A DNA stretch of 64,000 nt. Origin: an uncultured Candidatus Saccharibacteria bacterium (lineage in GTDB: Bacteria; Patescibacteriota; Saccharimonadia; Saccharimonadales; CAIOMD01). The stretch covers positions 79,856-143,855 of the forward strand of contig CAZMHM010000003.1 in the NCBI GenBank assembly GCA_964566135.1. The letters run 5' to 3'. Below are positions 1 through 9,690 of this stretch, piece by piece. The notes under the pieces are model-generated. The model saw only the letters and a program-made list of their open reading frames with translations, searched no databases and was not told the DNA's origin. A program made the translations under genes and the position numbers. Within the stretch, counting starts at the first letter, position 1. Each line of letters opens with the position of its first letter.

Positions 1-1667
1 CCACGAAGGGCAACACCTTTAACGGCGTAAGTCAGCTCGTATTACTTGATGGCACTGGCGCTTTGCCAGCACTAAACGGTGGTGCCTTAACAAGCCTTAA
101 CGCTTCTAATATAAGTAGTGGTACGCTAAGTGACTTGCGACTGTCGGGTAATGTCACCCTTAAAGGCAACACCTTTAACGGCGCTAGTGGGCTTGTTCTA
201 TTAGATGGTTCTGGCAATTTGCCAGCACTTAATGGTTCTGCACTTACAACATTGAACGCATCAAATATTAGCTCAGGCACCATTAACGACCTACGCTTAT
301 CGACGAATGTAACCACTAAGGGCAACACCTTCAACGGCGCTAGCCAACTCGTCCTACTCGACGGTGCAGGGGCATTACCTGCATTAAACGGTGCGGCTCT
401 TACAAACCTAAACGCGACTAATTTGGCAACGGGCACAGTCAGCACTTCATTACTATCGACAACTGTCACAATTATGGGCAATACCTTCAACGGTGTAAGT
501 CAGCTTGTGCAGCTAGATGGTACGGGTGCACTGACCGCCCTTAACGGCGGTGCCTTAACAAGCCTTAACGGCTCGAATATTACAACTGGCACGGTGGCGG
601 ATGCACGCCTGTCTGGCAATGTCGCCTTACTGAACAACGTCCAAGCCTTTACGGCGCAAAAGACCTTTAATGCAAATATTATTCTAGGAACCGACACTGC
701 ATCGCCAACGGCTGGTTTACTAACACTTAATGATGCAACAGGCTCAAATGGCTTTACATCAGTACTTGGTACTAATACGCTAACAGCCAATAGGACACTT
801 AACCTGCCAGACGTTAATGGTACGCTTATGGTACTTGCGCCGAGTGCGGCACAAGCAGATGCAAGCACAACGCTGCCAAGTATCTTTATTAATAAGACAG
901 GTGCAACTGCGAATATTATGACGCTACAAAAAGGTGGCACGCCGGTCTTTAGTGTTCTTAACTCCGGTGCGTTAAGCCTATCACTTACCGACGCATCAGC
1001 GTTTAACGTTACTAATGGTACTTCACAGTTCTTCGATATCGATACAACCGGCACGGGTGTTGTCAAGATTGGCGGTACTGCCATAGATGGTACTGCGACT
1101 TTCTTGGTACTCGATTCATATAATGGTGGTGCAGCTGACCCTGCTGGAGGTCAAAACGGTGCAATGTACTACAACACCACTACTCTCACGAACCGCTGTT
1201 TCGAAAACGGCATATGGAAGAACTGTATTAGCCAAACAACTCTCACGAAGACTGCAGACCAGACAATAACCAATAACGCGACCTTCCAGAACGATAACAC
1301 TCTTGTACTCGCACTTGCAGCAAATAGCAGCTATAACATCGATGCAGTAATAAACTTCTCGACAACCAGTGCGGCTGCTGACTTCAAGTACACCTTTACT
1401 GTACCTGCAGGCTCTACAGTTGCAATATCGACCACTGCAGATACAGCAGCAGCTGCGAGCACCGTCTGTAATATCACCGCTTCCGGCCAAAAGTGTACGC
1501 TTGCAAGCACTGCCGGCTATCGAGGCAATATTCGTTTGAGTGGATATATACGAACTGCAGGTACGGCTGGGAACCTCCAATTCCAGTTTGCGCAAAATAC
1601 TGGTACTGCCGGACAGAGTGTTACTGTATATCAAGGTAGCTCGATGTCATATAGGAAGGTCCAGTAG
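1..1667 (+). CDS. Repeat-containing fibre/adhesin-like surface protein, 5' end outside the window
   Basis: The reading frame is open to the left edge (nt 3 onward reads TKGNTFNGVSQLVLLDG...). Four 52-aa tandem repeats are followed by a T/S/N/G-rich non-repetitive region. The beta-rich C-terminus has two Cx8C loops (CFENGIWKNC, CNITASGQKC). Function is inferred only from resemblance to fibre and adhesin repeats. Confidence 0.75.
   Translation, partial: TKGNTFNGVSQLVLLDGTGALPALNGGALTSLNASNISSGTLSDLRLSGNVTLKGNTFNGASGLVLLDGSGNLPALNGSALTTLNASNISSGTINDLRLSTNVTTKGNTFNGASQLVLLDGAGALPALNGAALTNLNATNLATGTVSTSLLSTTVTIMGNTFNGVSQLVQLDGTGALTALNGGALTSLNGSNITTGTVADARLSGNVALLNNVQAFTAQKTFNANIILGTDTASPTAGLLTLNDATGSNGFTSVLGTNTLTANRTLNLPDVNGTLMVLAPSAAQADASTTLPSIFINKTGATANIMTLQKGGTPVFSVLNSGALSLSLTDASAFNVTNGTSQFFDIDTTGTGVVKIGGTAIDGTATFLVLDSYNGGAADPAGGQNGAMYYNTTTLTNRCFENGIWKNCISQTTLTKTADQTITNNATFQNDNTLVLALAANSSYNIDAVINFSTTSAAADFKYTFTVPAGSTVAISTTADTAAAASTVCNITASGQKCTLASTAGYRGNIRLSGYIRTAGTAGNLQFQFAQNTGTAGQSVTVYQGSSMSYRKVQ
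3..626 (+). repeat. Four tandem copies of a 156-bp (52-aa) in-frame coding repeat
   Basis: Unit boundaries are about 3-158, 159-314, 315-470 and 471-626. The consensus is KGNTFNG(A/V)SQLVLLDG(T/S)GALPALNG(G/S/A)ALT.LNASNISSGT...RLS.NVT. The copies have diverged at the DNA level. The array probably continues upstream of the window. Confidence 0.85.
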
Positions 1668-1728
1668 TGGCCGTTTACCTTTAGCGCTATAAGTGGTAAT
1701 CTTTAGACAAGAGTAGGGATAAATAAAA

Positions 1729-2508
1729 ATGAAGCGAGTCATTGCGGTATTAAATCAGAAGGGCGGCGTTGGTAAAACAACCACTGCTGTTAATCTTGCC
1801 GCATATCTTGCAAAAGCAGGTCAAAAGATACTCTTGATTGATCTAGACCCGCAGGGTAATGCGACTAGTGGCCTGGGTATTGATAAGCTTACTCTCGAGG
1901 GAACATCATACCAGGCGCTTGTTGAGTCAGCATCATTTGAATCAGTTGCCATGCAGACGGATACGCCGAATCTTACCCTTATTCCAACTAATGCAGACCT
2001 TGCAGGTGTAGAGATCCAGCTAGCGAACGTTACCAGTCGGGAAACTAAGTTGCGAGATTTTCTACAGGCTAGCACGCACGTATACGATGTAGTGCTTATT
2101 GATTGTCCACCAAGCCTAGGCCTGCTTACTGTTAATGCACTTACTGCTGCAACAGATGTGCTGATACCAGTACAAACCGAGTACTATGCTATGGAAGGCC
2201 TCAGTCAATTGATACAGGTAATTCAGCGCGTGCAACATGGATTGAATCCAACACTACAAATTCTTGGCGTTGTCATGACAATGTTTGATGGGCGTACTAG
2301 TTTGAGTGAACAGGTTAAGGCAGAAATAGTTCGTGTATTTGGCGACTTAGTATTTGATACCGTTATCCCACGTAATGTTCGTCTTGCCGAAGCACCAAGC
2401 CATGGAAAACCAATCATGCAATACGATAAATGGTCTAAAGGTGCGCGTGCCTACAAGAACTTAGCAAAAGAAGTAAAGCACCGTATAAATAAGGAGAAAC
2501 AAATATGA
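1729..2508 (+). CDS. parA: ParA/Soj chromosome-partitioning ATPase
   Basis: Deviant Walker A motif NQKGGVGKTTT near the N-terminus. The 259-aa length fits the family. There is an ATGA overlap with parB. Confidence 0.9.
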   Translation: MKRVIAVLNQKGGVGKTTTAVNLAAYLAKAGQKILLIDLDPQGNATSGLGIDKLTLEGTSYQALVESASFESVAMQTDTPNLTLIPTNADLAGVEIQLANVTSRETKLRDFLQASTHVYDVVLIDCPPSLGLLTVNALTAATDVLIPVQTEYYAMEGLSQLIQVIQRVQHGLNPTLQILGVVMTMFDGRTSLSEQVKAEIVRVFGDLVFDTVIPRNVRLAEAPSHGKPIMQYDKWSKGARAYKNLAKEVKHRINKEKQI

Positions 2509-3377
2509 GCGCAAAAGGGTTAGGCAAGGGTTTCGACATTCTGGTTCCCGTCGGCGTAAGTGTTGACACGGTTGCAGCCGGGGTAGGCGAGAAGGTGCAC
2601 AAATTAGCACTTGATATTGTAGTCCCTAAACAAGATCAACCACGTCAATATTTTGATGAGCGCGCGCTTGATCAATTAGCAACCTCTATTCGTGAACACG
2701 GTATCCTGCAACCCCTAGTGGTATATCAACTTGAACAAAATAAGTACTCAATTATTGCTGGTGAGCGACGCTGGCGAGCGGCTAGAATTGCCGGATTAAC
2801 AGAGGTGCCTGCAATAGTCCGCAGTGCTACTGAACACGAACAGCTCGAACTCGCGTTACTTGAAAACGTGCAACGATCTGACCTTACGCCACTAGAACAA
2901 TCGCATACAATTTATCGCTTGCACACACAGTTTAATCAAAGTTACGAAGATATCGCAAAGCGTTTGGGCAAGGCATATACAACAGTCGTTAATAGTGTTC
3001 GTTTATTAAGTCTGCCACCAGAAATGCAAGAATCGTTGCAGGTCGGCACTATAAGTGAAGGTCACGCGAGGGCGCTACTTAGTCTGCAAAAATTCCCGAC
3101 TGCGCAAAAAATTTTGTTCGCACATATTGTTTCGAAGGGTTGGAATGTACGCCAAGCAGAACAATTTGCCATAGTCGTAAAACGTGGTAAGCAAGATACC
3201 ACTAAGGCAGCTACAAAACCCGCAAGAGATACGTTTACAGCCACCGCAAAAGCAATTGAAAAACAACTTGGTACAAAAGTAACCGTTCAGCATTCAGCCA
3301 AGGGCAAAGGCAAGCTAGTGATCACATATAGTTCAGAAGAAGAACTAGCTCGCATCACAAAGCAAATCGTTGGATAA
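2505..3377 (+). CDS. parB: ParB/Spo0J partition protein
   Basis: ParB box IIAGERRWRAA is present. An HTH region and C-terminal dimerisation region are present. The gene is coupled to parA. Confidence 0.9.
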   Translation: MSAKGLGKGFDILVPVGVSVDTVAAGVGEKVHKLALDIVVPKQDQPRQYFDERALDQLATSIREHGILQPLVVYQLEQNKYSIIAGERRWRAARIAGLTEVPAIVRSATEHEQLELALLENVQRSDLTPLEQSHTIYRLHTQFNQSYEDIAKRLGKAYTTVVNSVRLLSLPPEMQESLQVGTISEGHARALLSLQKFPTAQKILFAHIVSKGWNVRQAEQFAIVVKRGKQDTTKAATKPARDTFTATAKAIEKQLGTKVTVQHSAKGKGKLVITYSSEEELARITKQIVG

Positions 3378-3379
3378 CT

Positions 3380-4072
3380 TTATAGGTGTGCTGTTATCAG
3401 CCGCGTAACAGGCGTGGTAAAGGCGAACACTTTAAATTCACTGAGTGGCCAATAGCGCACCCATAGCCTACCAACTATGTTTGACGTTGGTACTAGTCCA
3501 AGCCCGGTACGAGAATCAAGTGACCCGCCTGGCGAACGGTTATCGCCACATACAAATAGCTCATTGTCACCAACAACGATATCGACATTGCCACCTGTTG
3601 CCTCAAGCGTAGGGCCGTATTGCGTACCCGCAGATGGGTCAAAACCCTCTGGATGATCGGCGTTATAAATGGTAATTTTGCCATCATTAACGACAACTCT
3701 ATCGCCAGGTAAACCTATGACACGCTTAATGAGCTGCGTGTCAGCATCGCTTGGTTTTTTAAATACAATAACTTCGTTACGGCTCGGTATGTACTCCTTA
3801 CCACGAAGATTATCGATTGACTTCGGTAATTTTAATATAAACACGCGGTTTCCGTTTTGTAATGTAGGCTCCATACTTGAACCATCAACAACGTAGCTTT
3901 GGAATACAAACAGAATCATAAACAAAGCAAATAATGGCGCCATAACGAATAATAGAATCGTGTAGATGATATTTTTAATCTCATCTTTCTTTTTGTAACG
4001 CGAACTATCATCGGGTGGGGTTATTACCGGTGTTTGCGGTTGTATCGGTGTGGGTGTTGTTTGCGGTGGCAT
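3380..4072 (-). CDS. lepB: Signal peptidase I
   Basis: N-terminal TM segment. Catalytic Ser box GSSMEPTL, a KR box (LIKRVIGLPGD) and GDNRSPGGSLDSR are present. Confidence 0.9.
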   Translation of the reverse strand: MPPQTTPTPIQPQTPVITPPDDSSRYKKKDEIKNIIYTILLFVMAPLFALFMILFVFQSYVVDGSSMEPTLQNGNRVFILKLPKSIDNLRGKEYIPSRNEVIVFKKPSDADTQLIKRVIGLPGDRVVVNDGKITIYNADHPEGFDPSAGTQYGPTLEATGGNVDIVVGDNELFVCGDNRSPGGSLDSRTGLGLVPTSNIVGRLWVRYWPLSEFKVFAFTTPVTRLITAHL

Positions 4073-4146
4073 AAATTCTGTGGCTTATTGTAAAGCAAAA
4101 GCAGATTTTTTGCGCGCATTTTGCTATACTACAGAGGCCTCATTAA

Positions 4147-5781
4147 GTGGCTTTATTTTTTGTAATGTATAAATTTGATTCAGAAAAACCACAAAAACAG
4201 CGTTCGGTAGACGGCTTTTTGTCTAGTGGTCCTCGGCGTCCTCATTTTCAGCCTAATCCCAGCAAAAACGTTCAAGATACTGTTATGCGACCTCGACAAG
4301 GCCGAATCGATGATTTTAAGAAGTCAGACGGTTTTCATCCACAAACAACGCCAAAGCTAAATAGTGGCGGTGCCTATACCGATATTAATGAACAAGCTGC
4401 CTTAAAAAAGCAGCCAGGCTTTGTTATTCCACCAAAAAAGCAACGGAAACGTCGTCGCTTTGGCTGGAAGACATTCATGAAGCTCAGCCTAATACTTATT
4501 GTCATCGTTCTTGGAATTGGTGGCTTTATTTTTGGGAAGGCCTGGTGGAATGCACATAAGGTGTTACAAGGCGGTGGTGGCGCCTTGGCGCTTAATAAAA
4601 AAGTCGACCCGTATCAGCTCAAGGGCGAGGGTGATGGGCGAGTTAATGTATTGCTTATGGGTAAAGGTGGCGAAGGCCACGACGGGGGTGAGCTTACCGA
4701 TAGCCTTATGATTGCCAGTTTGGATCCTATAAATACCACGGCTACAATGCTTAGTATTCCGCGCGACCTTTGGGTTAAACCAAGTGGTTTATGGCCAATG
4801 AAAATCAATGCTGTATATGTAAGTGCAAAAAACCAAGCATTATATAAGAATCCAAAGGATACCGCCGCTGCCGAGCAGGCGGGTATTTCTGCAATCGAAA
4901 CAGTCGTGCAAAACTATATGGGTGTGCCTATTCACTACTATGGTATGGTTGATTTTGCCGCATTTAGGGATGGTGTAAACAATGTGGGCGGAATCGATGT
5001 TACCTTCACAGAACCATACAGCGATATATCGTACGGTGACGCAGGTGTCCCGTATGGCACATTGAAGTTTCCCGTAGGCACATCACATTTGAATGGTGCC
5101 TATGCGTTGGCGTACGCACGTTCGCGACATGGTGATGCGCGTGGCGACTTTGGCCGTGGAGAGCATCAGCAAAAGGTCGCCCTAGCCCTTAAAGACAAGG
5201 TACTATCAGTCGGTACGTTTGCTAATCCTGCAAAAGTTTCACAGTTGCTTGATACGTTTGGCAAGCGCGTGTCTACTAATTTTTCACTTAACGACATTAT
5301 GCGTCTGTACGATATCTCTAAGCAGCTTAGTAACAGCAATGTTAATAATGTTGACCTCGCAATGGAAGGCAATGCTGTTGTTACGACCGGTATGATTGGT
5401 GATCAATCAGTCGTATATCCAAAGGCTGGTCCGGATAATTATGATGCAGTACGCGCTTTTGTGCGTAATCATCTTAAAGACGGATACATAGTAAAAGAAA
5501 ACCCAAGTATTATTGTTCTGAACGGTAGCACAAAGCCGGGTGCCGCCCAAAAGCGTGCCGACGAGCTAAAAAGCTACGGCTATAACGTTATCCAGGTAGC
5601 TGATGCGGCCAATAAGAACGCCACAAACACGCAACTTGTTGATCTGACCAAGGGCCAAAAGAAATACACCAAACGTTATCTAGAGCAACGCCTTAATGTC
5701 ACCTCAGTAACATCGGTTGATGGCGTAGACTTAACACCGTATACAGCTGATTTTGTTGTAATCGTAGGGCCACAAGGATAA
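4147..5781 (+). CDS. LytR-CpsA-Psr (LCP) family cell-envelope phosphotransferase with a LytR_C-like tail
   Basis: Basic cytoplasmic N-terminus followed by one TM segment. LCP motifs LLMGKGG...LTDSLMIASLDP and ARSRHGDARGDFGRGEHQQKV are present. The start is uncertain (GTG 4147 or ATG 4165). A TGCTATACT extended -10 lies at 4122-4130. Confidence 0.85.
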   Translation: MALFFVMYKFDSEKPQKQRSVDGFLSSGPRRPHFQPNPSKNVQDTVMRPRQGRIDDFKKSDGFHPQTTPKLNSGGAYTDINEQAALKKQPGFVIPPKKQRKRRRFGWKTFMKLSLILIVIVLGIGGFIFGKAWWNAHKVLQGGGGALALNKKVDPYQLKGEGDGRVNVLLMGKGGEGHDGGELTDSLMIASLDPINTTATMLSIPRDLWVKPSGLWPMKINAVYVSAKNQALYKNPKDTAAAEQAGISAIETVVQNYMGVPIHYYGMVDFAAFRDGVNNVGGIDVTFTEPYSDISYGDAGVPYGTLKFPVGTSHLNGAYALAYARSRHGDARGDFGRGEHQQKVALALKDKVLSVGTFANPAKVSQLLDTFGKRVSTNFSLNDIMRLYDISKQLSNSNVNNVDLAMEGNAVVTTGMIGDQSVVYPKAGPDNYDAVRAFVRNHLKDGYIVKENPSIIVLNGSTKPGAAQKRADELKSYGYNVIQVADAANKNATNTQLVDLTKGQKKYTKRYLEQRLNVTSVTSVDGVDLTPYTADFVVIVGPQG

Positions 5782-6530
5782 TGAGAAAACTAGCGTATAA
5801 ACTACGGCCCACATCGGGCATATCGGGCTTACTGCATTTTTTGCTTAACGCCTTATTGCCGGTATTATTACTGTTCTTAGTTCGCCTCGATTTTGCATAT
5901 CTTGCTGCCGCTTTTGTATTGCTTGCGAAGTGGCGCATGGTCGCCGTTCGCCCTCGGTACTGGTTGCCGAATATTAGAGGCAACCTTGTAGATATATTTG
6001 TTGGCTTATCAGCAGTTGCGTTTATGGCAGGCACTACTAATCTTGCAACACAAGTATTTTGGACGGTTGCATACGTGGTATGGCTGGTATGGCTTAAGCC
6101 AAAGTCAAACCCGGTTGCTGTAATGAGTCAAGCCTTGATTGCGCAGGCAATCGCGCTTGTGGCATTTTATCGAGCATTCCCGGACAGTACATTGCTTGCC
6201 GGCATCTTAGTGACATGGCTGGTTTGTTACGCAGCTGCACGTCATTTCTTTGGTGCATTTGACGAATCAATGACTCGTGCAATGACGCATATCTGGGCAT
6301 GGTTTGGCGTTACGATGGCATGGATACTTGGCCACTGGGTTATCCAGTATCTATTCTTGCCACAAATTGCATTAATACTAACAGTTGTTGGCTATGGCTT
6401 GGCAACACTATATTATCTTGACCAAAACGATAGGCTTAAAGCGAATATCCGCCGTCAGCTCATAGGGGTAGTTTCGTTAATTTTGCTAATTATCATCGTT
6501 TTCTCAGACTGGCAAGATAAAACTGTATAG
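5781..6530 (+). CDS. Polytopic membrane protein, function unknown
   Basis: 249 aa with about 7 hydrophobic segments. It overlaps the LCP gene at TAATG. No motif was recognised. Confidence 0.6.
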   Translation: MRKLAYKLRPTSGISGLLHFLLNALLPVLLLFLVRLDFAYLAAAFVLLAKWRMVAVRPRYWLPNIRGNLVDIFVGLSAVAFMAGTTNLATQVFWTVAYVVWLVWLKPKSNPVAVMSQALIAQAIALVAFYRAFPDSTLLAGILVTWLVCYAAARHFFGAFDESMTRAMTHIWAWFGVTMAWILGHWVIQYLFLPQIALILTVVGYGLATLYYLDQNDRLKANIRRQLIGVVSLILLIIIVFSDWQDKTV

Positions 6531-6565
6531 AACAATTTAGTAATTAATATTGCACGGAAGGATAT

Positions 6566-7747
6566 ATGGCAAAGTCTACTTCGTCATCGTCACAAAACAT
6601 AAAAAAGATTTTCACTAGCACGACACTTATTATTGTAGCTGTTGCGCTTATTGCGGGCATTGGCGGGGGTTTTATTGGTGCTAAATTTTATTCGCCACGC
6701 TTAACCTCGCTTGATAGTACGGCTGCGCAACAAAAAATTGTTTCGAGCCAAAGTGACTTAATCGCTGGCATCGCAAAAGATGTGAGCCCGAGCGTTGTTT
6801 CTATTAATGTGGAGAGTAAACAGCAAGTAAGTACACTACAAGAACTGTTTAATGGCGGCTCGGGTGGCTCTACTGCGCAAAGCGCCGGCACTGGCATAAT
6901 TATCTCTAACGATGGGGTTGTGGTAACTAACAAGCACGTTATTCCAGATGGCACGACAAGTGTTAGTATTACGACGAGCGATGGTAAATCATATGATAAC
7001 GTAAAAGTCTTGGCACGTGATCCGCGCGCTAATGTTGATATTGCATTCCTAAAAATCAACGGCGTCAATAATCTTAAGCCAGCTAAAATTGGCGACTCAA
7101 GCAAGATGCAGGTTGGTGACGCTGTTGTGGCCATTGGCTACGCGCTTGGAGAGTTTGAAAATACCGTAACGAGCGGTATTATATCTGGCCTTGGACGCCC
7201 AATCACTGCTGGCGATGGCGGTGCCTCAGCAGAATCGTTAACAAATTTGTTCCAGACTGACGCTGCGATTAATCCGGGTAACTCGGGCGGTCCGCTAGTG
7301 AACATGAACGGAGAAGTAATTGGCATCAATACTGCCGTTGCAGGAAACGCGCAAAACATCGGTTTTTCTATCCCAGTAAATGATGTCAAAACGCAAATAT
7401 CAAGCATTCTTGAAAAGGGTAAGCTCGAAGTTCCATACCTTGGTGTACGCTACGTAGTACTTAATGATGCTATCAAGCAGCAATTTGATTTAGGCACGGC
7501 AAGCGGTGCCTGGCTTAAGGCTACGAATGCCGCACAAGCAGTCATTAATGGTAGCCCAGCCGATAAGGCCGGTCTAAAAGAGGGTGACATTATAACGAAA
7601 GTAAATGGCGAAACCGTTGATGCAGATAATGTACTGTCAGCTCGCTTAAGCAAATATAAGGTTGGGGATACACTAGAAATAACCTATGTTCGCGATGGCA
7701 AAGAGCAGAAAACTAAAGTAACACTCGAAACTGCACCAACAAGCTAA
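6566..7747 (+). CDS. htrA: HtrA/DegP-family (S1C) serine protease with a PDZ domain
   Basis: SD GGAAGGA lies upstream. N-terminal TM segment. Motifs TNKHV, D, and GNSGGPL are present, with a C-terminal PDZ (GSPADKAGLKEGDII). Confidence 0.88.
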   Translation: MAKSTSSSSQNIKKIFTSTTLIIVAVALIAGIGGGFIGAKFYSPRLTSLDSTAAQQKIVSSQSDLIAGIAKDVSPSVVSINVESKQQVSTLQELFNGGSGGSTAQSAGTGIIISNDGVVVTNKHVIPDGTTSVSITTSDGKSYDNVKVLARDPRANVDIAFLKINGVNNLKPAKIGDSSKMQVGDAVVAIGYALGEFENTVTSGIISGLGRPITAGDGGASAESLTNLFQTDAAINPGNSGGPLVNMNGEVIGINTAVAGNAQNIGFSIPVNDVKTQISSILEKGKLEVPYLGVRYVVLNDAIKQQFDLGTASGAWLKATNAAQAVINGSPADKAGLKEGDIITKVNGETVDADNVLSARLSKYKVGDTLEITYVRDGKEQKTKVTLETAPTS

Positions 7748-8550
7748 GCTTTTTCAAATAATTGTACTAGCACATCTGTTTTCGTAAGCTGGTAGCCCGC
7801 AAGGGTTGCCAGCTTTTTCAGTGCATCGTGCTGTGGTTCAAGCGATTCCGTAATGATATACGTGGGCTTATCTGCAAGATTACTAACTTCTGCAAAAAAT
7901 TTCTGGTAATGCTGTAACCCGTCTTTGCCGGAAAACAGTGCGAGCTTTGGTTCCTTCGTAATTTCGGTTGAAGTCACGACATTGGCTGCCACGTATGGCA
8001 GGTTGGCACATATAATATCGAATCGTTTTGTCTTAAATGCAGCCAGTAGGTCGGATGATTTAAAGGTCACTTGCGCGCCTAAAGATTTAGCGTTTAGCTT
8101 TGCAATATGCAATGATTCATCTGATATATCAGCCGCAAACACGGTGCTGTGTGGTATCTCAAGAGCCAATGTAACCGCTATGCAACCGCTGCCGGTTCCT
8201 AGGTCTAGAATTCGCGGTTTGCTACATGGTAATGCCTTGGCGAGCTCAACAATACCTTCGGTCTCTGGCCGCGGTATCAAGACGTGTTCATTTACAATAA
8301 ACTCGCGGCCATAAAACTCTTTTTTGTTTTGTATATATGCAATCGGCACGCCGCCTAGGCGTTGGTCTAGTACTTGGCTAAGTTTTACTAAGGTTGTGGC
8401 GGGTAAGTCGGTTTCGGGATGAGAAAGGAGAGTGGCTCGCGGTGTTATCAGTACGTGTTCAAGTAATAGTAACGCATCGAGTCGAGCCGAAGCTACGTTA
8501 GTATCTGCCAGCTTTTTTGTGGCATCCATCAGCCAATCTTCTATAGTCAT
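7744..8550 (-). CDS. prmC: Release-factor glutamine N5-methyltransferase (PrmC/HemK)
   Basis: SAM motif LDLGTGSGCIA is present. Motif IV reads NLPY where NPPY is usual. The gene lies 6 nt downstream of prfA. Confidence 0.85.
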   Translation of the reverse strand: MTIEDWLMDATKKLADTNVASARLDALLLLEHVLITPRATLLSHPETDLPATTLVKLSQVLDQRLGGVPIAYIQNKKEFYGREFIVNEHVLIPRPETEGIVELAKALPCSKPRILDLGTGSGCIAVTLALEIPHSTVFAADISDESLHIAKLNAKSLGAQVTFKSSDLLAAFKTKRFDIICANLPYVAANVVTSTEITKEPKLALFSGKDGLQHYQKFFAEVSNLADKPTYIITESLEPQHDALKKLATLAGYQLTKTDVLVQLFEKA

Positions 8551-8556
8551 TTAAAC

Positions 8557-9612
8557 TTAACTCTCGTCGCTGATAAGGTGGCGTTCGGCGGCTTGGAGCT
8601 CGTCAATCAAATCTTGAATATCGCCGGCAAGAGCGGCAGGGATGTTGCTACGGCTATAGCCAATGCGGTGGTCGGTAATACGGTCTTGTGGGAAGTTGTA
8701 GGTACGAATTTTTTCGCTACGATCACCGCTACCAATAAGTTTTTTGCGGGCATCACTTAATACTTTTTGTTCTTCGTCAATCTTTTGTTGTAGCAAGCGC
8801 GAACGCAGTACACCCAAGGCTTTTGCTTTGTTCTTAATCTGCGATTTTTCGTCTTGGCAGGTCACAACTAAACCAGTAGGCAGGTGGGTAATACGCACCG
8901 CGCTGTCAGTGGTGTTAACACTTTGGCCACCATGGCCACCGCTACGGTAAACATCAATACGCAAATCGTTAGGGTTAATCTCTATATCTGATTCTTCGGC
9001 CTCGGGCAGCACCGCTACTGTAACAGTACTGGTGTGTATGCGACCCTGGCTTTCGGTAACAGGTACGCGTTGCACGCGGTGCACGCCAGCCTCGAACTTG
9101 AATGTCTTAAAAGCTTCAATGCCACGGACGGCAAAAATGATTTCTTTAAACCCGCCAGCTTCGCTTGGGGCTTCGTCGATGAGCTCTAATTTAAAACCGT
9201 GTGTTTCGGCGTAACGGGCGTACATGCGGTACAGCTCGCCGCCAAATAGGCTTGATTCATCGCCACCGGCACCAGCCCGGATTTCAATAATCGCATCGCG
9301 TTCGTCGTTGGGGTCTTTGGGGGTTAGTGCTTCGTCAAGCTTGTTATTCAGTACCTCTATTTGCTCCTCTAGGTCAGCAACTTCTGCTATTGCTAGCTCT
9401 GCTAACTCATCATCGCCACCGACTAATGCTTGTGCGCCAATCAGCATCTCACGTAACATTACAATCTTGTCGTACAGTGCAATAGTGGTATCTAGGTAAC
9501 TTTGGCGTTTGGCTAATTTAGGATATTCGGGTGCACTAAAAATTGCCGGATCTTGCAGTTGTTTCTGCAGTTCGGTGAGCTCTGATTTTAAATTGGCAAT
9601 TTTTTGGTCCAT
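8557..9612 (-). CDS. prfA: Peptide chain release factor 1
   Basis: GGQ motif (SGGHGGQSVNTTDSAVRITHLPTG). The tripeptide anticodon is PVT, which is RF1 type. SD AAGGA lies upstream. Confidence 0.95.
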   Translation of the reverse strand: MDQKIANLKSELTELQKQLQDPAIFSAPEYPKLAKRQSYLDTTIALYDKIVMLREMLIGAQALVGGDDELAELAIAEVADLEEQIEVLNNKLDEALTPKDPNDERDAIIEIRAGAGGDESSLFGGELYRMYARYAETHGFKLELIDEAPSEAGGFKEIIFAVRGIEAFKTFKFEAGVHRVQRVPVTESQGRIHTSTVTVAVLPEAEESDIEINPNDLRIDVYRSGGHGGQSVNTTDSAVRITHLPTGLVVTCQDEKSQIKNKAKALGVLRSRLLQQKIDEEQKVLSDARKKLIGSGDRSEKIRTYNFPQDRITDHRIGYSRSNIPAALAGDIQDLIDELQAAERHLISDES

Positions 9613-9648
9613 GGAATCCTTTATATTGTACTGCGTTTACAAATAAAA

Positions 9649-9674
9649 ACAGCGCAGGTTATGCCGTGCGCTGT
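9649..9674 (-). terminator. Intrinsic terminator after rpmE (symmetric, A-run/T-run flanked)
   Basis: ACAGCGCA (9649-9656) pairs with TGCGCTGT (9667-9674) around a 10-nt loop. On the minus strand the hairpin is followed by TTTTTATTT. Confidence 0.7.
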
Positions 9675-9690
9675 TTTTAGGTATGGGTAG

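Noticed and set aside
32-1634. Long minus-strand ORFs (32-490, 500-1084, 1116-1634) opposite the repeat protein gene
   Set aside because: They are antisense shadows of a repetitive, compositionally biased + strand gene. Their products are low-complexity, have no start context, and entirely overlap a much better-supported CDS.
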